A stretch of DNA of 64,000 nucleotides from Strigamia acuminata (lineage: Eukaryota), in NCBI GenBank assembly GCA_949358305.1, contig OX442314.1:18352001-18416000 (forward strand), given 5' to 3'. The notes under the pieces were generated by a model that saw nothing but the letters and a program-made list of their open reading frames with translations, had not been told where the DNA came from and did no database searches. The first letter of the stretch is position 1; the number at the start of each line of letters is the position of its first letter. Both the position numbers and the translations under genes were made by a program. Below, in pieces: positions 25,020 through 40,000 of the stretch.

Positions 25020-25753
25020 CCGTGTGAGCCAGAGAGACCTGAAGATTTTTATAGGCTTATTTCTCAGCTACCATTTTGACAAGAGTAGTGATTGTTGGGG
25101 TGATTAGTGTTGCTGTTGCAATTCCAGAACGAATGCTACAGCACGTAATGGAAAATCTGGAAACCAGATTGAAAATGTGTGTGTGGAGCGAAGGAAGGCA
25201 ACTGAGGGATATAATTTTCCTGACCTAAAAATGGCATTCCAAACTGTACAATGGTTTTAGTTTCAAATAAAAATTTACAGAGGGACATAGTTAGTTACTA
25301 CGCCGCAATGTAGAACTACATCCCGGCTGGAGTGGTGCTGGAGTTGTTGTTGTCGTTTGTTGTGCTTGCTGTTAGTATTGGTCTGTGGTGAAAGAAGTAA
25401 GATATGTGTCTGTGCGCATTGGGTTATGTTGTTGATACATTGTTGTTTAAGCGCCATGTTTTGATGGGACATCGTTGTATTGTCGCGCCTGTATCCTCTC
25501 GTGTATGTGCATCCTAATTATATATCCTTTCGTTCTTTTCAAACCGAATATGGTTTACTTAGGATTTTTTTTGTTTCCTTTGAGAATTTGATGAAAATCC
25601 ACTCTGTGCAACAATTGGAGTTGGCACCGGTCGGTATTTCCGTTGCTGGCGCCGGTTTGCATTTCCGCCAAAACAGACTGTCTTCTTAGGACGTAGTTCT
25701 ACGTCAAAATTCTAACATTTTCAAAATTGTCAGGTCTCTCTGGCTCACCCTGG
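25020..25753 (+). mobile_element. Degenerate mariner/Tc1-like element with a C-terminal transposase fragment
   Basis: Inverted GTGAGCCAGAGAGACCTGA at ~25024 and ~25730-25748; fragment IPERMLQHVMENLETRLKMCVWSEGRQLRDIIFLT* (25121-25228) resembles the end of mariner-like transposases. Confidence 0.6.
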
Positions 25754-25859
25754 TACATTTTTTGTATTGTTAACTTTGAGTTTCGCGCTTTACGATGATG
25801 CAGCGCGCTCTTGTGGTAATTATTATAACTTTTACGGTTACCAAACCGTAACAAGCTAA

Positions 25860-26169
25860 GGGGCTGTCCATAAATTACGTAACGCACCAAGGGTTGAGAG
25901 GGTTTTCAAATTTTGTATCGAGTCATTCCTAAAAGAGAGGGGGGTTTCAAATTTTGTTACGTTCCATGTAAAAAAAAAATTAAAATTTTTAATAATCAAA
26001 ATACAAGAATTTTTATATGATTTTTGGGAAATTTGGGGGGGGGGGGGGGTTTCAGTTTTTGTTACGTAATTAGGGGGTTAGGTTCGGGAATTTGTTACGA
26101 CCATGTTACAGAGGGGGGAGGGGGTCTAAAAATTTCAAATTTTGCGTTACGTAATTTATGGACGGCCCC
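25860..26169. mobile_element. PIF/Harbinger (Tourist-like) MITE
   Basis: TIRs GGGGCTGTCCATAAATTACGTAACGCA / TGCGTTACGTAATTTATGGACGGCCCC; TAA duplication on both sides. Confidence 0.9.
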
Positions 26170-29100
26170 TAATTTATGATATTGATTATATTATTAATTA
26201 CTAGGTTTACCATTCATGGAAACAAGCAAATTGCAGCTTCGCATGACTAGAAGATGCTAAAACAACGCACGAAACATATTTGGTAATTAAATTTATGAAA
26301 ATTCCCAGAAAGTCTGCTCGTGCACAGCTTATTGCCGTGAAAATTAAAATACAATACAGGACGAAAAGTATAAAAGCGGGACATTGCACTACATATTTTT
26401 TTTTGCAAAACGGACATACAAAATGCGGTACTACAAATGAGTAAGTGGATCACTCAATTTTTGCAGCTGCATTACAATAAAATAAAATAAATTAAATTAA
26501 TAAAAAATAAATAAATAAAAAACCAGAAAATAGTCAAGTTCGACGAATACATAAAATTAAATCAAAAGCAGTTTCAACATGTCGTGAAAACAAAACTTTT
26601 AATTTACTTGAAATAAAAAACAAAATACGCAAAACTAACCGAGACCTTCAATGCAAAACTTTCAGAATGGCAGAAGACGTAAATCAATAAGTGCTCAATA
26701 GATGTCATTAGTGAGCCGTTAACGCACAACGTCTGCTCGAAACGTTCGCTTCGCTTCACCGAGGCCAGGTGTAGCGCCTTGAAGTGGCACGCAACCTGGT
26801 GACTAAACCATTCACAAAATAAGCATCTGCTGTGTACAGCTCCGAAGTAAAGCAGTCATTTTCTTCCTAGAAGGCAGCACGAGAGATCCGGATAAAGCAC
26901 AGCAGCTGGTAGAACGGCTCACCTCGCTGCGCTCGAAAAACAGGATAGAGTTTCCGCTCTGAAGATCCACACAGTGCGTAGTCTTCCATTTCTGCACCAC
27001 GTTCGGCTGGCAATTCGATAAACGACCGTAGTTGGACTTCACTGTTTGACATTCCAGTAAATGGTGCGGCGGAACAGGTAAAACAATTCCCACATTTATG
27101 GATTCGCTTTATATATTTTCCACGCACAGAGGGCCGATGGGCTAAATCGTTTTATTATTCTATTCCAAAACTCTACTGCGAATACGACGCAGTTTTCTTG
27201 TATAAATTTATTTAACAACCGTGGTTCCATGCTTTATAAATATAAATACATTCTAAATTAAATATTTAATTCTTTTCTTAATATCTTGAATGAGTTATTG
27301 ATGTATTGATTATACCATCAAATTGAGACCTGGCCTTCTTTCCTTCTGTCAATCCCACTTTCCTTCCCCCTATCACCATGGTTACGTTTATATAGGAAGT
27401 GCAATTCACCCTCACTAGCTTTACCTTGATGATGTTTTCATGGAATGCAACAATAACAGAAAGTTGCATTACTTTTTGATCATTTCTGCTCATTAAAGGT
27501 AATGAGTTACGACGCTCCCAACTCGACCCCTAGCGACTAAATAAAAAAATAAAACATTCTTTTCTATTCAGACTGTGAATAGATAACGGGAAAAATTCAA
27601 ACCCGTAAAAAAATTATCACGCAGTTTTATTTTTAAACCTGATAAGAGATGCGGTACAAGTTATCGTTGACGTCACCCGGGTTAGAAAGAGACAACAGTT
27701 AATTCCAAGTAACAAAGGCATAAACCTGTTAGCTAGATAAATCCAGTTTGTGCAGCAACTTCCAACTGGCATTACACAGCACTCGTCTTACTTGCATTGA
27801 AACAGCAGGTAAACACCTACCACACGAACAACAAATAGAAGCAATCAGTCTGTGATTAGTGTAACTTAGTTAAGTATTTAGGCGTGGGTGGATCCACCAT
27901 GACCGTCAAGACAGGAACAAGAAATTTGTTGGTTTATGTGCCGGAAATATTTCTATACCTGCAGCAAGCCCATTAAACTCGGTGATTTTTATCGAAAATG
28001 TTATGCAAACTTGTGACCTTATGCTTACATCTCGGTACATATGGCAGCCAAACTGGTTACCTTGAATTTAACCAGTAATTCCACGCGTAATTCGCGGGTG
28101 TATACTCCTAGAAGGTGGATGTGTTACACTTGAGTGCTACCTGTTTAAAACTCCACCCTGAGTTATTCTTTAGCCTTGGTGGGCTCATCAGTGCTTTATT
28201 ACCTCATCGGTAGCTCGCGATGAACATCTCAGCGTTCTCAAGACTCGTTAAACGAGATCCGATTTATTGCAGAACTTTAGTCAAAGGTAAATTTATGTTT
28301 AGTTTGCTTTTATTATGTGTTGGAGTGTTGGCGTAGGTGAATGTATGCGTTGGATTCCTTTAAATGTCACGACATATTGGGGAAAATATTCAATTTGATT
28401 TCGAATGTGTAGTTTTGCCAGTTGACATATTGAACAAAAAGTTTAACTTTTAGATTTGAAATGAAGTTCAAAGATGCGTGAAAAGGGAAATGGGAATCGA
28501 GTCGTGTGGAAATAAAGTGTGTTTTTATCTGATAGTGGCTACGTGGTATAGAATTAAAAGAAAATCGCAAGTAAATTTAAAATAAAGCTAAAATATTTAT
28601 TTATTTTAAATTCTTTATCGTTTCAATTGGATTTACCCACATAAAGATAAATTATTTTCATCGTCACAGCATGCCGTAATTTTAATTAAAAATTCAAATT
28701 AATAACCGCCATTTTGCTTTTTTTGTTAAAGCCATCATCACCGTGAAGGTTATTTCATTTTGAACTCATTAATTGCGCGGGGAGTAAACTGTAAACATAT
28801 AAATTTAAATAATTAAAGGTAATATTATTATCCATTAAATTTTAAAAAAAAAACAAAAAACAATGCAGCTAGAAATTTAATATTAAATACTAAAGTTACT
28901 TTAATTGTTTCTACCTGTAATTTATTCAGCAGGAAACTTTAAAAATTTCCTTTTCAAAATGAACCACTTATACGTGATATCATTGTCAATTGAGCTTCAA
29001 ACAAGAAAAAATATAAACAAAAAAAAATTGGTTGGAACAATCAAAAGATTAAAAATTAGAATTTTAAAAGACAAGGAAGAAAGAAATACAAAACCAATTA

Positions 29101-32100
29101 TTTAACTAAACCATCTTAGACTTTTTTTTATTCTATTTTAAAATATTTCCCAGACGAGTTGACCGCCCTTTCCCCACCTTAATAGCCCCAGGTTAGGACC
29201 ATCTCCCATTGGCCCATGAACAACGGTGACGTAATTTGGTTTGGATTTAGTTTGGATTAGTCAGGCATGACATCTTGTCAGTGACCTTGTCGAGTGATGA
29301 ACTTTATAGGAGAGGGAGAAATCAGAAGAAAAGTGCAGCTAAAAGTCTTCACCTGCACCAGGTGGGATGAAGAAGTAGAGAATTAGTGGCGCCAACAACC
29401 ACTTGTGTGGGAGGCAGAGGCAGCGGCACAGGCAGAAAAAGAGAAATGCAGGTGTGTTGACTTGTGTGGAGGTACACTGAACTTCCACATTTTTAGTTGT
29501 TTAAAAGAGAGGATAATACACTACCAGTGGAAGTGTAAGAGGAAAGAATGATCACCGGAAGTGATGAGCTTGTGAAACACAATCGGACTATAAAACCACG
29601 CGTTTATGATGCGTTTAGGCGTGCGTTTGCGAGGCAGAACATTCATTTCGAGAAAGGTAATTGCGTTTTAATACTGTTTTAAATGAATATGAAGCGTGTT
29701 TCTTAACTATATTAGTTTTCTTCGGGTTAGATTAAGTTGCTGGGTTGTCTAGACGAAATTAAAGAATTTTATTCGATTTAAAAAAAGGGAATTTTTTTCT
29801 TTGAGTTAAATTTGTTTGATAAATTAATATAACGCGCTACTGTGCGTTGAGAAAAGCAAATCCAATTGCTTTATCGTTCATTCATATTCAATAGAACAGA
29901 TGTCCTCTTTCTTTCGCTTTTTCTTTGGAAATCTCAGTGAACAAAAAGATATGGGCTTAACCGACGGCGGTTGCACCAGGTGGCGGCCCCTGCAGAGCAA
30001 TATTCACTATAAACTCGACGTTCATTAATTTTTCCTCCATTTTGTAAGGCCATTTGCACAGAATAGAGGCGAATCGCGCGATTCATTCCATCTCAGATAC
30101 GAGCACACATTTTCGAGTTCACAAATAAATATAAATTAATATTCTTATTTTTTTTTTGTTTTTTTTTTACTAAAAAGAAAAGCAAATTTAACTCAAACCT
30201 CGTGTTAATTATTCACGGAATGAAAAATTCCACGCAAAATTATAAAAAAAAAAAATTTGTTGGATAAAAGAAAACCCTGTTTTTCTTGCTCACGCCATTG
30301 ATCAGCATTTGAAAAGACTCGTACATGACCAATTAAGAAAACCTCGCTATTAAAACACACAATAGAACATTGAGCGTGCTCCCATCCGTTATGAAGAGGT
30401 CTTTTTTTCATCTCAGCTGAAGGTAAATGGAGTGTTGTGAGCCGTGCCTTCGATTTCGTACGGCAGATAAGAACTCTCTTTTCCATCTTTTCCTTCAAGA
30501 TGTGAGGAAATGACTATTTGGTCAAATTCGCGCTCAATTTGCGCCTTTTTTTTTTTTTGAAAGAACCAAAAATAAGAAATTTTCAATTTTGTAAACAAAT
30601 TTTGCTTCCAATCCCCAAATTCTCAAAATATATTGTTGTCCGACTAACTCCCTTCCTACGGTACCTCTGGAAAACGTGAACTCAACTGCGACTATAAAGA
30701 GAACGGTTCATTTGTGGGAAAAACAAGTCCCCTGTTTATCCCACTTATAGATGTACCACGAGGTTAGCATCTCATCTCTTCTCTACGGATTTCTCTGGGC
30801 TATGAAGCTTTTACAGAAATATCTGTTTCTAGCGGCAGGTATGGAAGGGTTATAAAAGATAACAGGCTGAGGACACGAAAAGCGTCCGTATCTCGGTTCA
30901 TCCAAGATGCAAATGGAGTCAACACGACTCCACAGTGTCATTGGGAATGTGTTCTGCGCTAAATCTCACATCAGTTAAGCGAGGCGACTGTTTTTAGTGT
31001 CCTGGCTTTTATCTTGATGTCATTATTGGTTTTAGGTGTGGTTTGTGTGTAACCAATTAAGTTACAGTGCATTACATAAGTACATAACTGGTGTAATTAG
31101 GCTTTTGCCTCATTTAAGATATTTGTTTTTGCAATTTGTATCGGAATTGATGTTGAATAAGAGTTAATTTCAAGTTGGAATTCTTTTGATCTTGATTCTC
31201 GATGTGCGAGATTTGCATTATATAGAAGCAAATTGCTTAAAGAATTTTATTATTCCACTTAATTAAACGTGCTATAAAAATCCTGTCGATTCAGCACGGA
31301 CTGAGATTGGCACGTGACGACCTTAGATTTGTCCAATTCGAATGGAACTTCCTCTCAGTGCACATTAGAAAAACACTCCACCTGGAGATTACTACTCCAA
31401 CGCACTTAAATTATTCTTTGAAGGTCAAGATTGATGTAGTACTACACGTTATATCGAAATGATTAATATTTAAGTTAATTTATTAATATTTTTTTGTTGA
31501 AAAAAAATAAATAAATAATAGTGGTGTGGCAAATATGTCTTCAAACCTCTGCTGAAGCAACAACCAACAATTTATACAGTGGATTACAAACCAGTTTGGA
31601 AAGAAAAATTACAGGAAGGGGAGATAATGGACTTTCGTTTTTTTTTTCATTCTTTCAAAAAAGTGTAAATCGTTTTTTACTAACCTTCATACCACACATA
31701 TGACTCATCTATGTCTTTATTTTGCCTGATATTTTTTCGTCCTTTATTCTGATTGATTGTGTAAAGCCCATGCGTTTTAGAGGTGACTTTTGAACATGTG
31801 ACCTGTCAACCGGTTCTTCGACCCTCCAATTTCATCCATCCGTGCAAACAATTCCCTTTCCCCTTCACCTCGTCTACCTGGCAGACCAGATGCCAGAGGG
31901 CTTTTCTCTTCCACCAGGGTCACTCGGTTTGAACCAATGAGGACACATTTAGCGGTCACGTGCCGCCCTTTTTTTAGCCCTAACTAACTTTCGTTGACTC
32001 AAACCTGCTTATTATATTGCTAAAATAAGCTGGAAAACACCTGTGCAGGTGTTGTTGATGGTCCGAGTTACATACTGTGTCGGTGTCAGTGGGTGCAGCT

Positions 32101-34031
32101 TGGTAACGTGAAACTTGTTCACTCCGCCGTTGTGGGGCGTCAAAGTCAAGTTGAGACTTCCGATGTGGCAATGTCTGATGTGGAGGAAGGCACCACCAAC
32201 GACTGGAGTGTAAAATTGTCCCGCGAAAACAAACATGAGGGATTATTACACTAATTACTGCGTCACCATGTGCCAGCAGACTCAAGTTGTTGCAAAACCC
32301 AAACAACAAACTTCTAATGATTTCAAACCACATTTACGACTCTACTCAGACTGTTTGGATTTGGGTAAAGTTAATTGATGAACTTTTTTTTTTTTTTTAA
32401 AAACAAAACAAAACATGTTTTCTCGTTACACATAGTGATTTTTTTTAGAGTTAAAAATAGATTCAAGCTGCTCTAATTACTATAAACACTCGAGGAAAAT
32501 AGTTAATCTGATCTTGAATATTGTAAATGGTTTTTTAAAGCACATTAGAACAGGAAAAAAATGTTTGAAATTGAAGTTTATTGGCGGTTTTTTTTCTCTT
32601 TTTATGTGTTTATAAATTTGTAATGAGGTTTTAAAATGAATGGCACGTACATAATTTAAGTTTTAAAGTGCCTCTTGAGTCATTTGAAACATGTAAAACA
32701 GAATATCTGATATTTTCTTATCTGATTTCACTCCACTTTTCATTATCTGTGTCTTGGATCCATCTATTTTTACACATTATCTTTGTCATCACTAATTTTA
32801 TCATTCGTGAATCTATACTCAGCTCAGAGAGTCACATCTATTTCATCTTTTGTCAACTTGGTTGTACTTCCTCACTTAACTTTCATCCATCAACAATCAA
32901 CTTCTACATCCAATTGTCTGTGACCCCATTTCTAAATTTGTTTTTTCACGTCCCACAAATTAAATTGCAATTGCATGGTACTCGCAAGGCCAGTTACAGT
33001 CTCAGAAATCAAAATTAAAAATTAAATTTTATCTTTTAAGGTCATTTTCCAAAAATAATGAGTGTAACCTTAATAGCCCTAATTTAAAATTTACTTACTC
33101 TTTGTTTTTAATGGGTTAAATTGGTGACAAATGAAGTCTAATTAAAGATAAGAGACACAATTAGCTAAATTTAGTGGTTTAAAAATAGTTCCTAGGGTTG
33201 TTAGAAGGTGTATCAACAAGTTTCTTTTTTATGGGGTATGGGTGGCAGGTAATTAGGGTTTAAAATCTTCAATGAACCGAAGTTCCTCATTAACTTTTCT
33301 AATGTTGTTGTGCTTGTTAGAGTGTTTGGGTTACTGTCCTATCTATTGACCTTGGTGAAACATATTCATCTGTTGTATTACTTTCTTGGCATGAATCCAA
33401 TAAAAGTGATTAAAAGTCATCTTTAAAAAAAATGTTAGAAAAAAATAAGGTGTCGTTGACTTTCTCACGTGACATTTTTCAAACTTTACTTCTTAGTAAG
33501 CTGTACTAAATCGTGACACACAAGTAAAAAGATATGACGATAATATATCAATTGATTAAATGGTCTGATTCAGCTGCATGGCATGGAAAACAAAATGCAC
33601 GTTTTAGCATGGACTATGTCAGTTAACAAATATTTAATTATCAATAACTCATATCTACGTTGCATTTGACAAGATTTGCACTTGCGCAGTGGGAAAAATG
33701 TTAAAGGTTATCATTTGTGTCAAGTTTTCATAAATGTTTATGCGTGTATGATAATACATTCTAATTACAAGGAAATAATTCTTAATTAAAGCCCATACAT
33801 GCGATTCAGAGAAGCGTTTAACACAAACATGAATCTGACTTGATTTTTCTCCGTTTAATTTATTTTTAGTATTTTTTTTACGTGTTTATGAATATATAAC
33901 AATAAGGGGTGCAAGTTAAGTGGGAAGGGAACATTGAATTATTTGCCGAGCATTTGAATCGATGCTCGAATTATCACAGCAACTTCGATCCGAATTATTA
34001 GATATATTTTTCTTTATTTTGTTTGTATTAG

Positions 34032-37000
34032 CTATCCAGTCGTTGGATTCATTAAACGATCAAATCGTCCAATTTATCTTTGCTCCGAAAACCTGTGATT
34101 ATGACGAAGATGTCGATTTCGATGAATGTATTCAACCAAAACAAAGGGAGGCACTCAAGTCCTCCATGGCTCTGATGAGATGCCTATTATTAGATGCACA
34201 AGTAAATATTTGGATTAGCTAAATTACATTAGCGAAGGCTTCTCGTAATAATACCATTATCGTTTTATTTGAAGGGTAAATTTCGCAAAATGGTTGACGA
34301 CAACAAACAATTGGCCGAACGTATTGACGGAGACATTCAAACAGCGCAACAAGATGTCAGCGTATTAAGAGCAGAACTCGCTGACACGAATAGGCGAATC
34401 AACCAACTGTCACCGCACACTGATAACAGCGTTGGATCCCCCACTCAAAATGTCTTATGCCGAAGTAAGTGTTACCACATTTTGTTAATCTTTTTAAAAA
34501 AAAAAAGGTTTACGTTGCATAGGCCTATCAATTTTGGTGAAAACTGCGCTTTATTTCTGCTGACATTGATGTACATGTTTGTGCTCTCGGGAAGATATTT
34601 TTGACCTTTATACAAAGCATCTGGAGACTTGTCGTATTGTTGTCATTGCAAGTGCAGTTTTAACTTACATTTATGTCTCAGGTATTGATTGTACATGAAG
34701 GTTTTTTTTAAGTTAAAAGGGACCACTAATGAGTTATATTTAAAGACAGTGGAAGCTTAAGAGATTTAGCTGTCAAATGAGCAAATTCTTTCTTTCTTTT
34801 TATTTTTTTGGTACAGTATTTGTACTCACCAGTGCTGAAATTCTAGAATATTTTTTCTGGGGAATTAAATTTTGTAGAAAAATCTTTTGTAAAACATTAG
34901 TGCATTCAATTAATGAAAAATGCAAGTATGTACTAGCTGTCTTTAATGGAAGGGTGAGGACTTATCTTCCTTAAAATGTAATTTAGAAGGCAGAAGTGAT
35001 GAAAAGACGACTTGCAGACTTCAGTTTCTGTTCTTTTTTGTTAGATTGGATGTCATTTTGGAGAATGTTTTAACTTACCAAATGTGCATCCTCATCTGTC
35101 TAGTGTCACTTTTACAATAGTAACTACTGCGTAAGTGGCTTCTCATTTTATAAATTGATTGCACCTGTTGAAACATTCCAGTTTTTATGAATATAGTTAA
35201 ATGGTCGAAAAGTATACTTGTGTAGAAACCACATTTGAATCATTGATGATGCGCAAAGCCGAGCTCAAAGTGCACTTCTGTCTTTAAGACGAATCGAAAT
35301 GAGAAAACTTGTGCTTTCTCTACGAGTATCCTTTAGCTTCATACTTTTAAAAGTGATGTCGTCGTAAACTAACAACTAACGTCGTATCCGCCAGCCAAAA
35401 GATATTGTACAGACAATAAAGAAATGACTTTGAAGGCGCAGATTGAATGCACCTATTTGCAGGAACTCTTAGCAGGAAGTTTGAGAGTTCCCATGGAGAC
35501 AATGGAGTCACGTCGTAAACTGCAACATTAATTTCTATAGAAATTATTTATCTAGGAGCTAGAAATTGAGTTTTAGTGGAGGTATAGCACATTTTCTATT
35601 GAAAAAAGGACATTGGCTAATTATTGGCTTGGAAACTAAAAGAAGAAAGTGATGGGAAAAGCTGGCAAATGTGCAATTGTCAATATTGTAGAAAGAAATT
35701 GGCAAAGAAAATGTAGTCATCCTTGGAAGCAAGTGCGGGTACGTTGGTGTTAAATTGTGATTAGAATTGGCTAGAAAGGAAGAAACTTCTTTGCAATAGC
35801 AGTGAAAAGAAAGCAATCAAAGTGTAAGAGCCGGCTCCACGTTTTTTTTTCTTCTTTTTTTCCCTAATCTTGTTGCAACTCACTCTAGTTTTCCATTAAC
35901 CCATTTTTCTGCTAATTTTTTTCCCCTCCGAAGCATAAAAATGCGTTTCTTTAATTTTACGTGTAATTTAATAAGTAAAGGGGAAGGCAAAATGGTTGTA
36001 ATAAAAAATTTAATAACACGAACACTTGAATTCCGGTCTGCGATCTCTTTTGTCTATATAGCATTTACTGGAAGTATTTCAATATAAACTAATACCATTG
36101 TGTTGCTAAAAATCCTCTTTATTGCATTTTCACATGAGTTTATTGTAAAACTATAATAACAAGTGAAGTCACTTGATTTAAAGCCGCAATCACGTAATGA
36201 CATTTGGAACTATAGGAAGTATAAAAGTTAATTTTTGAATTGTTGTCAATAAAATACAATGTGATTAAAGTACATGCCCATTTTGCACTAAATTTTCAAA
36301 GCAAATTTATTGATCTGTTTTGCCAACCCCTGAAAAGGTACTTATTATTTATTGATTCAGAAATTCCTGACTTCTGGTATTGCAATCAAGGAGGACAGAG
36401 TTTAAATTGTTTTATGTATGGATTTGCAATTTTCTTTATTTTATTTATTCGAAATATGGTAATTTAAAGTGACTGTCTATTTTTTAGATTGCAATTCATT
36501 TTATCATCCTGACGATAACCAGTTGACGGAAGAAGTGGCATCTTTAAGGACTGAAAGTGAAAAATTAAATCAAGAAAACAGAAACCTTCAGAAAGAAATA
36601 GAAAAACTAAAAAAATGCAAAGAGCAATTTTCAACGGGTGAAAGGGATAACGATCAAAGCTTGAGTTTTCAAAAACTGGAGGAGGAATTGGAACAAGCTA
36701 AAGAAACGGTGAATTGTAAGTTAAATTTCTATTTTTATGTTTTGGCGTCATTTATTTTTTTTTCTTCTTTTCTTAGTGCCTAGTAAACAATGCCAAAAAA
36801 ATGCATTCTTAAAAGCAAAAATGAATAAAATGTTATTGTCGATAAGTCAAGCACTGTTGACACGTTAAAAATAACCTGCAATCATTAATATAAATGCTCA
36901 CTACTGTCCATTTAAATAGATAAAAATTTTATTAGCTACTAAATATTTACTTAGACAAAATGTCTAGTACATTTCAAGATTTCTGTGTACATTGAGGAGA

Positions 37001-40000
37001 TATTTTAGGGTTAGTGTTGGTTGATGGTTTTGGGAGCAAGCCAGGAAAAAGCCCTCAATACAGGCATTTGCGGGAGTCAACAATGTGTGGCAGCACTAGT
37101 AAATTTAAAAAAAATTAAACTTTCGTGACTGCAAAGTTTGCGCAGTTCTTTATAATTACATTATAAATTTTCTAAAACAGACAATTATTAGGGGGGAAAC
37201 CGAAAATTAAAAAAAAAAATCGTTGCTTGCCTGCTTATGCAATTCGTGTGTAATAAAATGTTTATTTTTAAACCGGATGGGATAAGAGAGTATCTTCAAT
37301 ATTGATTAATTCCAGGAATGGTTTTCATGATGTAAATATTAGATAATTTGTTTTCTTGTGCCGAAATGCTTGTTTTTGAGCTTATGTGGGCACTTAATCG
37401 ATTAATTTTCTCACATTTCAAACACACTTGACCTAAAGCGGCGATTAAAAGTCGGTTTGCAATTTGCGTTTATATTTCACTGTTTCACATTAAAATTTTG
37501 ATTTATGTTTGAAGATAATTGTGTAATGATCATTTATTACCTTTAAGTAGTTGAATTGATTACTAATTTACACATTTCAACGGTAAAACAAGCACTTAGA
37601 TCGATTGATTTGAAGGAGAAAAAAAAATTAATTTCGTAGAAACTCAACTTGGTTTCCTCTTTTTATTAATGCAAATACATTTCCATGTCGTTTACATTTC
37701 ACTCTTATCTCACGCTAACATATTTATTTATTTTTTCGTTTCTTTCAGCTCTTAAAACCGACCGTAAGCGACTGAAAGCAGAAAAATTTGATTTACTTAA
37801 CCAAATGAAACAACTCTACGGCACGTTAGAAGATAAGGAAAAAGAGCTGAGGGATTTTATACGAAATTACGAACAGCGTGTAAAGGAGAGTGATGAGAGC
37901 ATTAAACAGGTAGACTCACAAACATCGCAGCATAAAATTATAGGATAACTGTTGGTAATCTCCAGATAGCTGTAGTTCATAGGGTTTTCTTTTAAATATT
38001 CAATTTGACTGTTCTTTGGGTTTGATATGTGTACTGTTATTGGCATTTAGATCGCTTCGAAAAAATTCCTATCGACCGCTGTGTATTCATCCGAGGTGAG
38101 TTTCATTACAGAAATGATCATAGCAGAGTTTTTGTTGTTGTTTTCTTCATTATTTTTCTTCAAAACTTAAGCCTGCTAATTATCACTTGACTCATTACTC
38201 TAGATAGTCGTACACAAACTGTTAAATCTATTGCAATTTATGTAAAAATATTACAAAAGAGTGCAAACAAAAGCAGAGCACAATGCACGGCTAAACTGCA
38301 CTTTGCTAAGCGGGTCAAGGCACGAATTATGGGTATTAATTGCGCTTGTTCTTCACTTAAAGAGGGTGTCAGGGTTGGTTGGAGCAATTTGATGGATAAT
38401 TAGATAGATGAAATGAGAGATTTTTCACAGATGATTGATGGGGTTCATTATTTTTGCGAAAAGTTTGCCGCCATTTATATGGCTTTTCGTGCATAGTCAC
38501 ACGGAACAATAAAAATGTGTGCAAGAGATGGCGAGTTAGTAATATCCAAAAAGCATGGGGGGAAATAATCTTTAGTTGAATATTGATAAGATCGTGCTAC
38601 CAATTCCTATTCTATTGATCGGGACATGTTTTTAGTTGGTCTAGTTTATTTTTGCCAGTTTGCGTCTTTTTATTACCATCTTGTCCGAGTGATTTGTGTT
38701 TGAGTAGCAGCAGCTGCTCAAAATGTGCACACGTACAGAAATGAATAGATTTGTCTCCCAATGTGGCTCCATTAAAGATTTTAATACCTTCAAACAAGTT
38801 TTCCTCAATTGCAATTATGTAAAATATCCTCGCAAGACACAACAAAATGCATTTCTTCTTCGCAACTTCAACACGCCCAAAAACGATTACTTTTTCTTTC
38901 TCAGTTTTAAGTACTACATTCATCGTTAACGTAAAAAAAAAAAGTTGTTGAATGATGGCCTTCGAAACGTTATTATTTCCTTTCGAATTATATATGCTTA
39001 GTTGATTTTTTTAAATTAAATTTGCTTTTTTTTTTTTTTTTTTTTTTCTTTTGCTTAAAAGTTGACTTTGGAAAGAGATTCAAGCGAGAGAGAGAAGTGG
39101 AATATTTTGAAGCATGCTAGAGATGAATCGGAAAGATCTGTGTCTCTCTGCGCACAACTCGGTCTCAAAGAATCACAGCTGCAGCAAGTGCAAGAGGAAC
39201 TCAATGAAGTAAGGCTTAGGTTTATTGATAATGGTTGCATGCAACTCTCATTCCCGCGATCTGCTCGAGTGGTGCGATTACACCAAGCTCTTCACGCTAA
39301 AAATTGAAAAATGCTATCTCTCTTCTACCCTCTCTTCCAGACGCCTGAAAAACATTTTTTGATAAAAGTTTTTTATTTTTTTTTTATTTTTTTGTGCGTT
39401 TGGAACTTGTCAGAAGGCAGAAAGACACGAGTTTAATTTATTTTTATTACACAGGCACGAAAACAACTCTCGCAATTGGGCTACTATTCAGACCAAGAAA
39501 GTTTAGCGAGCAGATCTAATGGCTATCATACATCGACTACTTTGACGTCGATCAATGTGAATGGGCGTGATCACACTCCCACATCTTTAGGCACTGCCAG
39601 TGTCTCCTCCAGAACGCCGACACCTGGAGACAGACCATCGGTTAATGCGGACCAAACAGACGGCGATGGGAGCCCCATTTACGCCGGTACTTAAATCTCT
39701 TTAAAGTTAAGTTGCGAGTTTGTTTCACTCATTCGTTTGTTTCCGCACCAGCGATGAGCGTGTGCAATGAATCAAGTCCAACTCCACCGATGCTTCAAGG
39801 ACTCTCACGCTCGGCCGAAGAATTATCTCATGTGCTGAGCACGATGGATCTCAAGAAAAAAACTCACCGTCGACACGGCCACAAGGGCACTTGGGGTTCG
39901 ATATCCAGAGTGTTTTCACGTAGTCGTAGCAGGAGATCGGTGGATAGTGCGGGACTCTACGAAGGTCGATTGTGCAATCCTTGCTTAAATATTTGATTAG

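Noticed and set aside
26800..27130. GC-rich ORF-like block with a GGTGKT P-loop-like stretch (possible Helitron/PIF1 relic or gene)
   Set aside because: Surrounding frames contain stops, and no other helicase motif or splice-consistent structure was recognisable
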